Below are positions 51,628 to 60,649 of a DNA stretch of 64,000 nt, in pieces (position 1 is the first letter of the stretch; every line of letters starts with the position of its first letter). Both the position numbers and the translations under genes were made by a program. The notes beneath the pieces are model-generated. The model searched no databases and was not told where the DNA came from. It saw only the letters and a list, made by a program, of their open reading frames with translations. Origin of the DNA: Deltaproteobacteria bacterium (GTDB taxonomy: Bacteria > Myxococcota_A > UBA9160 > SMWR01); assembly GCA_032128115.1 (NCBI GenBank), contig JAQBHB010000078.1, positions 1-64,000 on the forward strand, in the 5' to 3' direction.

Positions 51628-53793
51628 CTACTCGCCCCACAGTGTCTGCCACCAGGGCTGCGAAGGTCCGGCGGGGCCGGCGAAACGAATGCGGTCGCGG
51701 ATGCCGCCCAGGCTCCAGCCGGTGAGCGACGCCAGGGACTGGGCCTCCCGCTCCTGGCGCTCGCGAAGCTCGCGCCGGTACGCCTCGGCGGCCTGGCAGG
51801 TGGCCGGACCCTCGAAGGCATGACGCAGGACGTAGCGGGCCTGGAAGTTGCTGCGGTCGCCGGTCTCCTGGAAGACCAGGTCGGCCGGGAAGTGCTCCGC
51901 GTCGTAGCGCACGTGCAGTCGCGTCACGAAGGCGTTTTGCTGCCGGCCCTGGCGCGGGTCGTTGCCGCCCAGCCAGAAAACGCCAAGACTTCGCTGCTCT
52001 TCCTGGGACAGGGGGTCGGCGGCGCACGGATCGCACCAGTTCATGTCCCAGGCATACTCGGTGAAAACGGTGCGCATGCTCTCCTTGCGCACCTGCTCGG
52101 AGAAGAGCGCCGAGTAGAAATCACCGAACTCGGCCTTCACGAAGACCGGCAGGTCCATGTCCGTGGCGAGCTTCACGGTGCGGTAGTTGGTGGTCTCGAC
52201 CCGGCCATTGCGCGTGAGCGTATAGACGAACAGCTCCTGGGTGCCGTCGGCGTTCAGGGTACCGAGGCGGATGGGCAGCATGAATTTCGGCGACTCGTAG
52301 GCCACCTGGAGCGGCCGCAGATAGTTGAAGCCCAGCTTCGACTGCTCGGCCAGGTTCACCTTGGCTACAAAAAAGCGCATCTTCTGCTTCAGGTAGCTGT
52401 CGAGCACGGACTCGGCTCCGTCCGGCAGCCGATAGCCGTTCTCGCGCAGCCAACCGGCGAGGCCATCGCTCTGCTCCGCCGACAGGATCAGGATGTCGTA
52501 CTCGCCGACGGTGTAGCGGGCCTCGATGGTGACTCCCGCGGCCCGCGCCCGCTTCGCTGCGTCGGCCGCGAACATCAGGTTCGCTCCGGAGGCACTGGGC
52601 AGGGCCATCTCCCTGTGAAGCGTCACCGCGCAGGGATCCGAATCGAAATACTCCACCAGGCGCGGCGACGTGTAGGCATCCAGGTGATCGATCACCGCGC
52701 GATCGCCCACGTGGATCTGGCCGCGCGCAACGAACGTGGGCACCGGAATCACCATGGCGAACTCTTCTGGCTCGCCCTTGAAGTCGTTGGACATGGTGAT
52801 GACCGTGCGGTCGCCGTCGCGGACCAGCACCACCTGGGAGGCTTCGTTGAAGAGCTTCGTGTCGGCCTTGGCCACGTAGAAGCCGCAGAATGCGCTTGCG
52901 GGGCTGCTTGCCAGCAGCACGAAGAGCAGCAGGAAGAGGAAATGGGGGGTCGTGCGGAAGAGTCGAATCGAACTCATGGGGTTCTCCTTCTTGGATGAAG
53001 CTGCCCGAGACCACGCGTAGCGCGAGCCCGGAAAGAGTCGGTCGAGAAGCGGCACCAGGGGTGCCGCGGTGGCGAGCGACCACAGTGGTCCATTGCTGCG
53101 GTAGAGGCCGAACTGCACGAGGAGCGCACCTGCCGCGACGATCGCGGCGAAAGCCAGGCGACCCGGTCGCGAGTCGGGAATCGTCTTCGGGTCGGAGATC
53201 ATGAAGAAGGCAAAGATCAAGAGGGCGCCGCTCTGGAGCCCGTGCAGGGGGATCGCCAGCGGCTCCCCCAGCCACACGGAGCGACCGATGCTGCCGGCGG
53301 CGTAGAAGGCCAGGAACGCCCAGGTGACATCGCTGCGCGCCGAGCCGTGCAGCACCAGCATCCCGAGCCCCGCCACCGCGAACCCGAACAGCGCCGGGCT
53401 GCCCCACTGGCCGGCCGAAACCCAGACGGCGCCGCTGCCCCCCGTGACGGCCATCATCACCACCAGGGCCAGGCACGTGGGGTTGAAGACGTGCTTGCCG
53501 TCGCGGCGGATCGCGAACTTGCTGGCGATGGCGAGGGTGGCGCCGGCGAGGGCCAGGGGCAGGGAATCCGTGCGCATCAGGAGCGACAGGGAGAGCCCCG
53601 AGATCAGGGCGCTCTTCGGGTCGAAGCGCGGGAGGCGAGCGATGCGGCTGCACACGAGTTGCGCAACCAGGGCCGTGGCCACTACCGCCAGTGTGCGACC
53701 TGCGCTCACCTCGAAGTCGAGGCAGAACCCCCCGTACGCCAGCAGGCTCGAGAGGACCGCAATCTGGTAGGGGCGGGGATCTTTGTTTGCCAT
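51628..53793 (-). CDS. RnfD/NqrB-like membrane protein fused in frame to a DUF2330 domain (internal start at 52977)
   Basis: N-half: KHVFNP, FFMISDPKTIP, many TM segments; C-half: signal peptide then AFCGFYVAKAD, FAMVIPVP, MLPIRLG, WCDPCAAD, FVTRLHVRY. Confidence 0.82.
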   Translation of the reverse strand: MANKDPRPYQIAVLSSLLAYGGFCLDFEVSAGRTLAVVATALVAQLVCSRIARLPRFDPKSALISGLSLSLLMRTDSLPLALAGATLAIASKFAIRRDGKHVFNPTCLALVVMMAVTGGSGAVWVSAGQWGSPALFGFAVAGLGMLVLHGSARSDVTWAFLAFYAAGSIGRSVWLGEPLAIPLHGLQSGALLIFAFFMISDPKTIPDSRPGRLAFAAIVAAGALLVQFGLYRSNGPLWSLATAAPLVPLLDRLFPGSRYAWSRAASSKKENPMSSIRLFRTTPHFLFLLLFVLLASSPASAFCGFYVAKADTKLFNEASQVVLVRDGDRTVITMSNDFKGEPEEFAMVIPVPTFVARGQIHVGDRAVIDHLDAYTSPRLVEYFDSDPCAVTLHREMALPSASGANLMFAADAAKRARAAGVTIEARYTVGEYDILILSAEQSDGLAGWLRENGYRLPDGAESVLDSYLKQKMRFFVAKVNLAEQSKLGFNYLRPLQVAYESPKFMLPIRLGTLNADGTQELFVYTLTRNGRVETTNYRTVKLATDMDLPVFVKAEFGDFYSALFSEQVRKESMRTVFTEYAWDMNWCDPCAADPLSQEEQRSLGVFWLGGNDPRQGRQQNAFVTRLHVRYDAEHFPADLVFQETGDRSNFQARYVLRHAFEGPATCQAAEAYRRELRERQEREAQSLASLTGWSLGGIRDRIRFAGPAGPSQPWWQTLWGE

Positions 53794-53886
53794 CTCCCGG
53801 TAGGTCTCCCGGGAGTCGGAAATCGGATCACGCGCGGAGAAGTTCTACCGGGTTCGGCTAAGCTCCCGGGCCGGGGAGGAGCCGTG

Positions 53887-54156
53887 ATGGACATCCGGAT
53901 GGAGCGGGTCGGCGATGGCGAATTCCGCGTCACCGTGATGGAGGGCAGGACCCGCTCCTCGCATCAGGTGCGCGTCAGTCCCGAAGAACAGACGCGCTTC
54001 GGCGGCCAGTCGACTCCCGAGCAGCTCGTGGAAGAGTCCTTTCGTTTCCTGCTGGAACGCGAGGCCAAGGAAGCCATCCTGCAGAGCTTCGACCTGTCCG
54101 TCATCGAACGCTACTTCCCTGAGTTCGGCGAAGAAATCAAGAAGCGGCTGGGCTAG
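53887..54156 (+). CDS. Small conserved hypothetical protein
   Basis: GGAGGAG RBS; SFRFLLEREAKEAILQSFDLSVIERYFPE motif. Confidence 0.75.
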   Translation: MDIRMERVGDGEFRVTVMEGRTRSSHQVRVSPEEQTRFGGQSTPEQLVEESFRFLLEREAKEAILQSFDLSVIERYFPEFGEEIKKRLG

Positions 54157-54222
54157 GGGCGGGGTTCAGACGTTCGCTCGCGTCATCTCTGCGGGCGCAG
54201 CGCAGCCCACGCAAATGCATGG

Positions 54223-54582
54223 CTAGAGCTCGCCGTCTTCGTAGACGACCACACCCAGGTTCTTGTTGGCCAGGGTGACGCCGATCTTGAGCGTGCCTTC
54301 CACGCGAATCTCTTCGCCCTGGAACGGGACGCGGCCATGGGGCTTTACCCAGACCCGCCCGGTGCCGTCGTCCAGCCGCACCAGGCTCTGACCGATCACC
54401 GGGATCGCCCACGTCTGCGTTACCACGCCCTCGACCGTCACCCGCTGCTCGTTGTAGCGGCCCGGGTCGGACGCCAGCTCCTGGATGCGCATGCGTGAGC
54501 TGCAGCCCCAGGCCGCGGCCAACGCAAGCACCACGCAGATCAGAACGCGAAGCGCGCGAAACCTCGTCGCGTTCGCCATCAC
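54223..54582 (-). CDS. Small lipoprotein with OB-fold-like domain
   Basis: AAWGC lipobox-like; [30 protein letters not shown]. Confidence 0.72.
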   Translation of the reverse strand: MMANATRFRALRVLICVVLALAAAWGCSSRMRIQELASDPGRYNEQRVTVEGVVTQTWAIPVIGQSLVRLDDGTGRVWVKPHGRVPFQGEEIRVEGTLKIGVTLANKNLGVVVYEDGEL

Positions 54583-54593
54583 GGGCTACCTCC

Positions 54594-54764
54594 TCAGAAG
54601 GGCCACACGGTCGACTGGACCATGTAGTCGTGAACCGCCAGGTGCAGGCCCAGGAGCATCGCGCCCATCAGCACGACACCGGTGACCACGGTAACGGCGA
54701 GCACCCATCGCTCGCCGCGGCTCGCGCGGTGCGCGACCACTTCTTCAAACACTTCGCTGGACAT
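54594..54764 (-). CDS. 56-aa single-pass membrane microprotein (not in the ORF track)
   Basis: MSSEVFEEVVAHRASRGERWVLAVTVVTGVVLMGAMLLGLHLAVHDYMVQSTVWPF; GAGGGG upstream; its TGA runs into the next gene's GGAGG RBS. Confidence 0.6.
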   Translation of the reverse strand: MSSEVFEEVVAHRASRGERWVLAVTVVTGVVLMGAMLLGLHLAVHDYMVQSTVWPF

Positions 54765-54859
54765 CGCGTCCGTACCCCCTCACGCGCGCTGCGCGATCGT
54801 TCGAGTGGAGTCGAATGCGCCCGGTGCGGGCGCGCTTCCTCTCCTCGGAATCGGGGGCG

Positions 54860-54940
54860 AATTCTTGAGCCCTATCAGGGAAATTCTTGAGCCCTATCAG
54901 TCAGATAGGGTGTCGGCGGCGTGAGATAGGGTGTCGGCGG
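54860..54940. repeat. Two direct-repeat pairs arranged as an inverted four-site array (CCCTATC x2 / GATAGGG x2)
   Basis: AATTCTTGAGCCCTATCAG at 54860 and 54882; AGATAGGGTGTCGGCGG at 54903 and 54924. Confidence 0.85.
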
Positions 54941-57695
54941 GCATTTCCGGGGGCGCCAGACGCACCAGCGCGTCGTCGGGAGCCAACAGCCGTGCCTCGG
55001 CCCAGGCCAGCACCTCGGCCTCCTGGCTGAACAGGATCACCTGGCGCTCGCGGCTCACGGCGTGCAACAGGTCGAGCACGGCCTCGGTGCGGGCCGCATC
55101 GGTCTGCACGGTCACGTCGTCCAGCAGCAGTGGGCACGACTCGCCCGCAGCCGTCAGGTGGGAGGCCAGCGCCATCCGCAGCAGCAGGTAGATCTGCTCG
55201 GCCGTTCCGTGGGAGAGACGCGCCGCAGGGCGCCAAGCGCCAGTCGCCTCGCATACCCGCACCTCCAGGGTGGCCGGGTCGAGGGTGATGTCCTGGTAGC
55301 GCGAGCCCGTCACCCGGGGCAGCCAAGCCCGCAGGGTGTCGGCCAGCACGGGCGCGATGCTGCGATAGACGCGCTCCTGGGCCGACACCAGGTACCCGCG
55401 CGTTCGCGCCAGGGTCTGACTCAAGGTCTCGATCCGGCTGAGTTCGGCCCGCGCCGCCTCGAGCGCCTCCTCCGCCTCGGGCACCCCCTGGAGCTGTAGC
55501 GTGCGCACATCGGTCTGGCCGCGCAGGCGTTGTGCTTCCTGCGAGGTTTCGCGCTCCTCACGTTCGAGCCGCAAAAGCTGTGCGGTCGGGTCGTCTTCGA
55601 GCATCACGTCCGGCTCTGGCGTTCCCAGCTCGCGACACAGCTGCTCGGCCCGCTGCTCGGCGCGCTCGGTCGCGTCCTCGAACTCCGGCAAGCTGCTGTC
55701 CCCGAGCAGTTGATCGAGCTCGGCGTACTCTCTCACCGCGGCGCCATGGGCCTCGAGTGCCAGGCGGCGCGCCTGGATCCAGCCGACCAGGCCGAGCACG
55801 CGAGTCTCGTCCGTGTCCTCCGCCGCCCCGCAGCGCTCGGCGCATTCGCGAAGGCCACGGCGCGCCGAATCGATGGCGAGCTCGGCCTCGGCCAACGAGG
55901 CCTCGCTGGCCTCGCGGGCGGCCAGCTGATCCTCGAGCCCCGACCGCCGCGCTGCGGCATGGGAGAGACCCGCCCGCCGTTGGCACTCGCGGCGGTAGTC
56001 GCTGAGTTCGGCTTCCGCGGGGCCCTGCACGCACACCCCCCGGGCACCCAGGGCCTCGACCGCGCGGTTTTCGGCCCGGGCGAGGCGCTGGCAGAGCTCC
56101 CCGTGGCGCACCTCCCATTCGTCGAGGCGACGGGTTGCGGCGGCGGCGGCCACCTCTTCGTCGGCCCGCGTCCGAAGCGCCGCCGGATCCGTCGGTACTC
56201 CCAGGGACTCGGCGCGCTCGCGCGCCCGGTCGCGACGCTGGCGCGCAACGCGGGCCAGGTGCTGCTCCGACGCCAGCGCCACCTCGACCCGGCGAAGCTC
56301 GCTGCGCGCGCCCGGCGGTAGGCCGTCGTCGCGGCGCACTCCGAACCACGTGAGCACCGCCAGACCGCAAGCACACAGCGGGGCCCCGACGATCGCCGGC
56401 CCCCACAACACACCCGCCCCACCCGCCAGGGCCAGCAACGCGCCGATGCCCATGGCCACGCGCCGCCGCGTCTCGAGCGACCTCACCCGGTCGCGTGCCT
56501 GATCGACCCGATCCGCAAGGCCCGGGTCCAGCTCCGGCTCCACCTGGGCGAGGGTGTGGGCCAGCTCGCGAAGCTCGTCCACGCTGAGCCCGGCTACCGG
56601 GTCGGCGGCGGGAGCCTCGGGTCTCGTGGCCCGATGCAGCTCCACGGCAGTTCGCGCCCCGTGCAACTCCTGGGCGGCGAGGTTCACGCTCTCGTGAACG
56701 TCGAGATCCCCGTCCGGCACCACCGGCAGGCCGGCGATTTCCCGACGCAGCTCCTCCGCTGAGAGTCCGCCGGGGCGGCGCAGCTCGGGGCGGTTCTCCC
56801 AGGCCGAGAGCGCCGCCGACACGCGTTGCGCCAGGGTGTCGTCGTCAAGCGGCGCCTGGGGGCGCCCCTCGGGAAAGCGCTTGGCCAGCGAGCGCACCCG
56901 CTCCAGGCGCGCTCGGCCGCCGCGCGCTTCACCAGCGGCCAGGGCCGCGCGCACCGCCAGCAGGCGCCGGGATGCGCCCTCCACGGCGGCCGCGGCCTCG
57001 TCGGCGGCGGCCGCCAACCGGAGGTAGTTCTCGTGATCTGCGGTCGCCCGGTCGCGACTCCGCTCCGCCGCCTCCACCGCCTCGAGTGCGCGGCGCAGGG
57101 GCTTGGTGGCGCCGGCGCGATTTACGCCCACGTGTTCGCTCAGATAGGCGTCGATGCGGTTCAGGGCGGCGCCCGCGGTCTCGTCGCGCCCGGCCGTGGC
57201 GGCCGCGCGTTGCAGGTGTTCCTGCAAGCGGTCCGGATCCTCGAGCACCCCGAGCACGTCGGTCTGGCGCACGCAGGCGGTGGCCAGGAAGGTGCGTCGA
57301 TCGAGGCCCAGGAACTTCGCCCCGTCCGGCGTGCCGTCGTTCATGATCTCCGCGGATACGTCGCGCCCAAGAGCGAGATCCGTGGCACTGCAATCCACCA
57401 TGCCGTCCAGGTCGTGGCGCAGGCCGATGCGCCGGCCGTCTGCCAGCGCAATCTCCACCGCCACCTGCCAGTCTTCGCGACTCCAGGGACGACGGCTTTC
57501 CTCGAAGTCGCGCTCTTCTTTCGACCGCCCCCCGCGCACGCGCCGGCGCCCGCACAGGCCCACATACAGGGCATCGTGCCAGGTGCTCTTGCCCGCCTCG
57601 TTGGCTCCGTGCACCAGGGTCAGGCCCGGCGCAAGTCGCAGCTCGGCATCCACCAGGCGCCCGAAGGCGCGCGCCTTCACGCATTCGATCCGCAC
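54897..57695 (-). CDS. SMC/Rad50/YhaN-like AAA ATPase
   Basis: HGANEAGKST, long coiled coil, LSHGTAEQIYL, LLLDD, QVILFS; central hydrophobic hairpin. Confidence 0.88.
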   Translation of the reverse strand: MRIECVKARAFGRLVDAELRLAPGLTLVHGANEAGKSTWHDALYVGLCGRRRVRGGRSKEERDFEESRRPWSREDWQVAVEIALADGRRIGLRHDLDGMVDCSATDLALGRDVSAEIMNDGTPDGAKFLGLDRRTFLATACVRQTDVLGVLEDPDRLQEHLQRAAATAGRDETAGAALNRIDAYLSEHVGVNRAGATKPLRRALEAVEAAERSRDRATADHENYLRLAAAADEAAAAVEGASRRLLAVRAALAAGEARGGRARLERVRSLAKRFPEGRPQAPLDDDTLAQRVSAALSAWENRPELRRPGGLSAEELRREIAGLPVVPDGDLDVHESVNLAAQELHGARTAVELHRATRPEAPAADPVAGLSVDELRELAHTLAQVEPELDPGLADRVDQARDRVRSLETRRRVAMGIGALLALAGGAGVLWGPAIVGAPLCACGLAVLTWFGVRRDDGLPPGARSELRRVEVALASEQHLARVARQRRDRARERAESLGVPTDPAALRTRADEEVAAAAATRRLDEWEVRHGELCQRLARAENRAVEALGARGVCVQGPAEAELSDYRRECQRRAGLSHAAARRSGLEDQLAAREASEASLAEAELAIDSARRGLRECAERCGAAEDTDETRVLGLVGWIQARRLALEAHGAAVREYAELDQLLGDSSLPEFEDATERAEQRAEQLCRELGTPEPDVMLEDDPTAQLLRLEREERETSQEAQRLRGQTDVRTLQLQGVPEAEEALEAARAELSRIETLSQTLARTRGYLVSAQERVYRSIAPVLADTLRAWLPRVTGSRYQDITLDPATLEVRVCEATGAWRPAARLSHGTAEQIYLLLRMALASHLTAAGESCPLLLDDVTVQTDAARTEAVLDLLHAVSRERQVILFSQEAEVLAWAEARLLAPDDALVRLAPPEMPADTLSHAADTLSD

Positions 57696-57696
57696 C

Positions 57697-58800
57697 CTAG
57701 AGCGCCTCCAGGTCGTCGCGCCCCTCGAGGGCCCGCAGCCCGGTGACCAGCACCGCCCGCCGCTCCTCGTCGTTCAGATCCCCGGCGGCGCGCACGTCGC
57801 GCACGAACGCGCCGCGCACGGTGGGTTCCATCTCGATCTCGTCGTAGTCGTAGGCCACGCAGAGCTCCGCACCGGCGCGCACCGTCAGGGCTTCGAGCGC
57901 CGCGGGCGTCTCGGACAACTCGCGCGGTCGGAGGTCCACCTGGGTGGCGAGGGTCCCCACCAGCGTGACGCGTGCCAACCCCTCGAGGCTCGCGATCTGC
58001 GCGCGCAGGTGATCCCGCACGTCCTGTTGGCTCGCGCACCCCGTCAGGTCGACCGTCAGGTCGTGGATCTTCGTGAGTTGGATCACGTGGCGCTCACGGG
58101 TCACCCGGCCGTCGGACTCCACGCGAACCTCCACTGCGGCCCGCTCGCCCTGCTCCCCGAAGCCCAGGGGATCCGGGTTGCCCGGATACGTGAAGTACTC
58201 GGCGTCCCGGGGCTGGTGGTAATGGCCCAGCAGGGCGTGCTGGATGCCGGCGCGCTGGATCTGGAGAGCTGCAAAGGGGGCGTGGGGGACCTTGCCGGAA
58301 CCCTGGGCGGCGAGCGACCCGTGTTCCGAACCGTGGAAGAGCGCCACGTGCACCCCGTCGCGATCCACCCGAAACCCCTCCAGGAAGCCGTCGGTGTTGG
58401 CAGGCGCCCGGTGAGCGGCGCCCCACAGGGTGAGTCCATCGGCGAGCTCCACCGGCATCAGGCGGTCCTCGCGGAAGATGTGGACGTTCTCGCTCCAGCG
58501 GTTGAGGGCGTACATGGATTCGGGCCCGAGCCAATCGTGGTTGCCCGGCGCCAGGTAGACCGGCAGTGAGCCCAGGCGCTCGAACGTGCCGCGCACGAAC
58601 TCGCTCGTGTCGGGTGTGAAGCGCTCGTGTTCGTACAGATCGCCGCCGCACACCAGCGCGTCCACGCCCAGGCGCATCGCCAGCTCGGCCACCGATGCCA
58701 GGGTCTCGCGCAGGCGCTGTCGCCAGGCGGAGGCCGCCCGTGGCCCCGCCCAGGCAAACGGTGCGTCCAGATGAAGATCCGAGAAGAGAAGCAGCCTCAC
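57697..58800 (-). CDS. Mre11/SbcD/YhaO-like DNA repair exonuclease
   Basis: FSDLHLD, GGDLYE, PGNHD, FHGS, LGHYH, YPGNP. Confidence 0.9.
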   Translation of the reverse strand: MRLLLFSDLHLDAPFAWAGPRAASAWRQRLRETLASVAELAMRLGVDALVCGGDLYEHERFTPDTSEFVRGTFERLGSLPVYLAPGNHDWLGPESMYALNRWSENVHIFREDRLMPVELADGLTLWGAAHRAPANTDGFLEGFRVDRDGVHVALFHGSEHGSLAAQGSGKVPHAPFAALQIQRAGIQHALLGHYHQPRDAEYFTYPGNPDPLGFGEQGERAAVEVRVESDGRVTRERHVIQLTKIHDLTVDLTGCASQQDVRDHLRAQIASLEGLARVTLVGTLATQVDLRPRELSETPAALEALTVRAGAELCVAYDYDEIEMEPTVRGAFVRDVRAAGDLNDEERRAVLVTGLRALEGRDDLEAL

Positions 58801-58971
58801 CCCGGGCGCATGATACCGCGCCGTCGGGCGGAGATCCCACGACTGTGCGAGACATGCCGTCGGTGCTACACGAAACCCCACGGGTCTGCGGCAGATCCGG
58901 CGGGTCAGGCTCGCGTTCGCAATCGCGTATCCGAGCGCGCAGCTGACGGAAACGACGCAAGGAGACTGCGA

Positions 58972-59415
58972 ATGGCGATCGAACGGGTCTTCGATCTGTG
59001 TACCTGGGGCATTCTCCCCTTCTGGGTGTTGCTGGCCGTCTCCCCACACGGCCTCTGGACCCGACGCCTGCTGCACTCCGGGCTGGCCCCGGCCGCCTTT
59101 GCAACCGTCTACACCGGGGCGCTGGCCCTGGGGTTGGGCACTGCCGAGGGAGGCAGCTTCTTCAGCCTGAACGGCGTAATGGCGCTCTTCCAGGCTCCGT
59201 TGCTCGCACTGACGGGCTGGGTCCACTATCTGGTCTTCGATCTCTTCATCGGCGCATGGGAGGTACGCGAGGCCCGGCGTTGCGGGATCCGCCACGCCTT
59301 CGCGCTGCCGTGCCTGTTCCTCACCCTGATGGCCGGCCCACTGGGCCTGCTGGCGTTCTTCGCCCTGCGCCTGGGAGTGGGTGGCGGCACGCCCCTCGAA
59401 GAGGGAAGCGCCTAG
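58972..59415 (+). CDS. ABA4-like (DUF4281) membrane protein
   Basis: GWVHYLVFDLFIG, LTLMAGPLGLL; AAGGAG RBS. Confidence 0.85.
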   Translation: MAIERVFDLCTWGILPFWVLLAVSPHGLWTRRLLHSGLAPAAFATVYTGALALGLGTAEGGSFFSLNGVMALFQAPLLALTGWVHYLVFDLFIGAWEVREARRCGIRHAFALPCLFLTLMAGPLGLLAFFALRLGVGGGTPLEEGSA

Positions 59416-59453
59416 GGCGGGTCGAGACGCGCCCCCGTGCGGCCACGGCTGCG

Positions 59454-59750
59454 GTGAGCGAGCCTGCCGGGGTGCCCTCCTGGATGCCCGGGCTGCTGTA
59501 CGGCGTATTCGCCACCCACCTTCCCTTCTTCGCCTGGCGTTGGGGGCGCAGCGGCGAACTTCGCCACGCGGCCACGAGCCTCACGTTCGCGCTCCTGGTG
59601 GTGACGTACTCCCTGCGCGTATTCGCGCCCGGGTTCGAGCATGCCGGAACGCCGCTGTACGCCTGGGTGCGGATCCCCGCCTGGGGCTCTGCCGCCGTCA
59701 GCATCGCCCTGTTGGTGCGACACGCGTTGGGCCTGCGGCGAGAAGGCTAG
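59454..59750 (+). CDS. Small hypothetical membrane protein
   Basis: Three hydrophobic segments and coding-like codon usage; start approximate. Confidence 0.55.
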   Translation: MSEPAGVPSWMPGLLYGVFATHLPFFAWRWGRSGELRHAATSLTFALLVVTYSLRVFAPGFEHAGTPLYAWVRIPAWGSAAVSIALLVRHALGLRREG

Positions 59751-60418
59751 GTAGCGGGACCGACCACGATCTTGCAGATGGCGTCGTCCATCACCTCGTT
59801 GCAGCTCTCGACGGCCAGGCGGCGGTCGTCGCCCTCCGGATTGCGCTCGATGCAGGCATCGACACACTCGCGGGACTGAAGGACGTTGTCCCCGTGGAAT
59901 TGATCACAGATCCACCAGCACTCCCTCGCCCGCCCGGTGGCGGCCTGCGCCATGTCGGAGTCGGGGACCTGGAAGGCGATCTCCAAGGGGATGCTCCCCA
60001 CCTCCGGCGTCAGCTGGATCAGGTTGACTCCCGCGGCGAACAGAACCACCAGCGAGCCGGCGACGCCCATGCCAGCGTGGCGGCTCCAGGCGAGACGATT
60101 GCGCGGGGTCCCGCTCAAGCGACTCAGCAGCCCTGGCCGCTCGGAGACGAACAGGCGCGGCAGCGCCGGCTCGGTCGGCGGCGACAGGGCTTCCGCCGCA
60201 ACGCGCTTGCGCTCCGCGGTCCGCGCCTCGCGAATCAATTCGCCACTCGAACACTCGGCGCAGACCTTCAGGCGGTTGCTGTGGCGCCAATAGCAGTACA
60301 CGATGCCAGGAACGATCCCGGCCAACCAGAGCAGAAGCTCCTTCCGATCCGAACCCTCGATGATCGTATCCGGCTCTCCCGTGTGGAAGCACTCGGTACA
60401 CATCATGCGAACGCCCAT
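59747..60418 (-). CDS. Cys-rich membrane protein with split zinc-ribbon-like motif
   Basis: CTEC, hydrophobic segment, CAEC; second TM; C-terminal CWWIC/CVDAC/C-x7-C. Confidence 0.65.
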   Translation of the reverse strand: MGVRMMCTECFHTGEPDTIIEGSDRKELLLWLAGIVPGIVYCYWRHSNRLKVCAECSSGELIREARTAERKRVAAEALSPPTEPALPRLFVSERPGLLSRLSGTPRNRLAWSRHAGMGVAGSLVVLFAAGVNLIQLTPEVGSIPLEIAFQVPDSDMAQAATGRARECWWICDQFHGDNVLQSRECVDACIERNPEGDDRRLAVESCNEVMDDAICKIVVGPAT

Positions 60419-60511
60419 GCCGTCGGTCTCCGGAGTCGTCGGTATCCGGAGCTTCTCATCGGCATGGGGGCGCCATTTCTTGGGGGATGGCGACGCACGC
60501 GACGTGCCTCT

Positions 60512-60587
60512 GTGTTGCACGAAAGTTGCGCATGGGTGAATCGGAGTTGCCGGCGAGTTGCCTGCAAGTTGCCGGAGACTTGCCGGA
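60512..60587. repeat. 11-bp-period array of (A/G)AGTTGCC-like units
   Basis: TTGC cores at 60515, 60526, 60547, 60558, 60569 and 60580. Confidence 0.75.
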
Positions 60588-60649
60588 TCCAGGAGGGAGG
60601 GTCGGAAACGCGGTCCGCTACGGGAGCGCGGCTTCGACCGGATCGCGGT

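Noticed and set aside
54157..54222. Intrinsic terminator between convergent genes
   Set aside because: Only a weak, imperfect hairpin and no U-tract
54860..54940. CRISPR array or true tet operator
   Set aside because: Only two copies of each repeat, no spacers and no cas genes; spacing differs from tetO and no tetR/tetA is nearby
58801..58971. Riboswitch or ncRNA in the divergent intergenic region (also 20340-20730)
   Set aside because: No recognisable conserved aptamer, tRNA or terminator motif by eye; an Rfam scan would be needed
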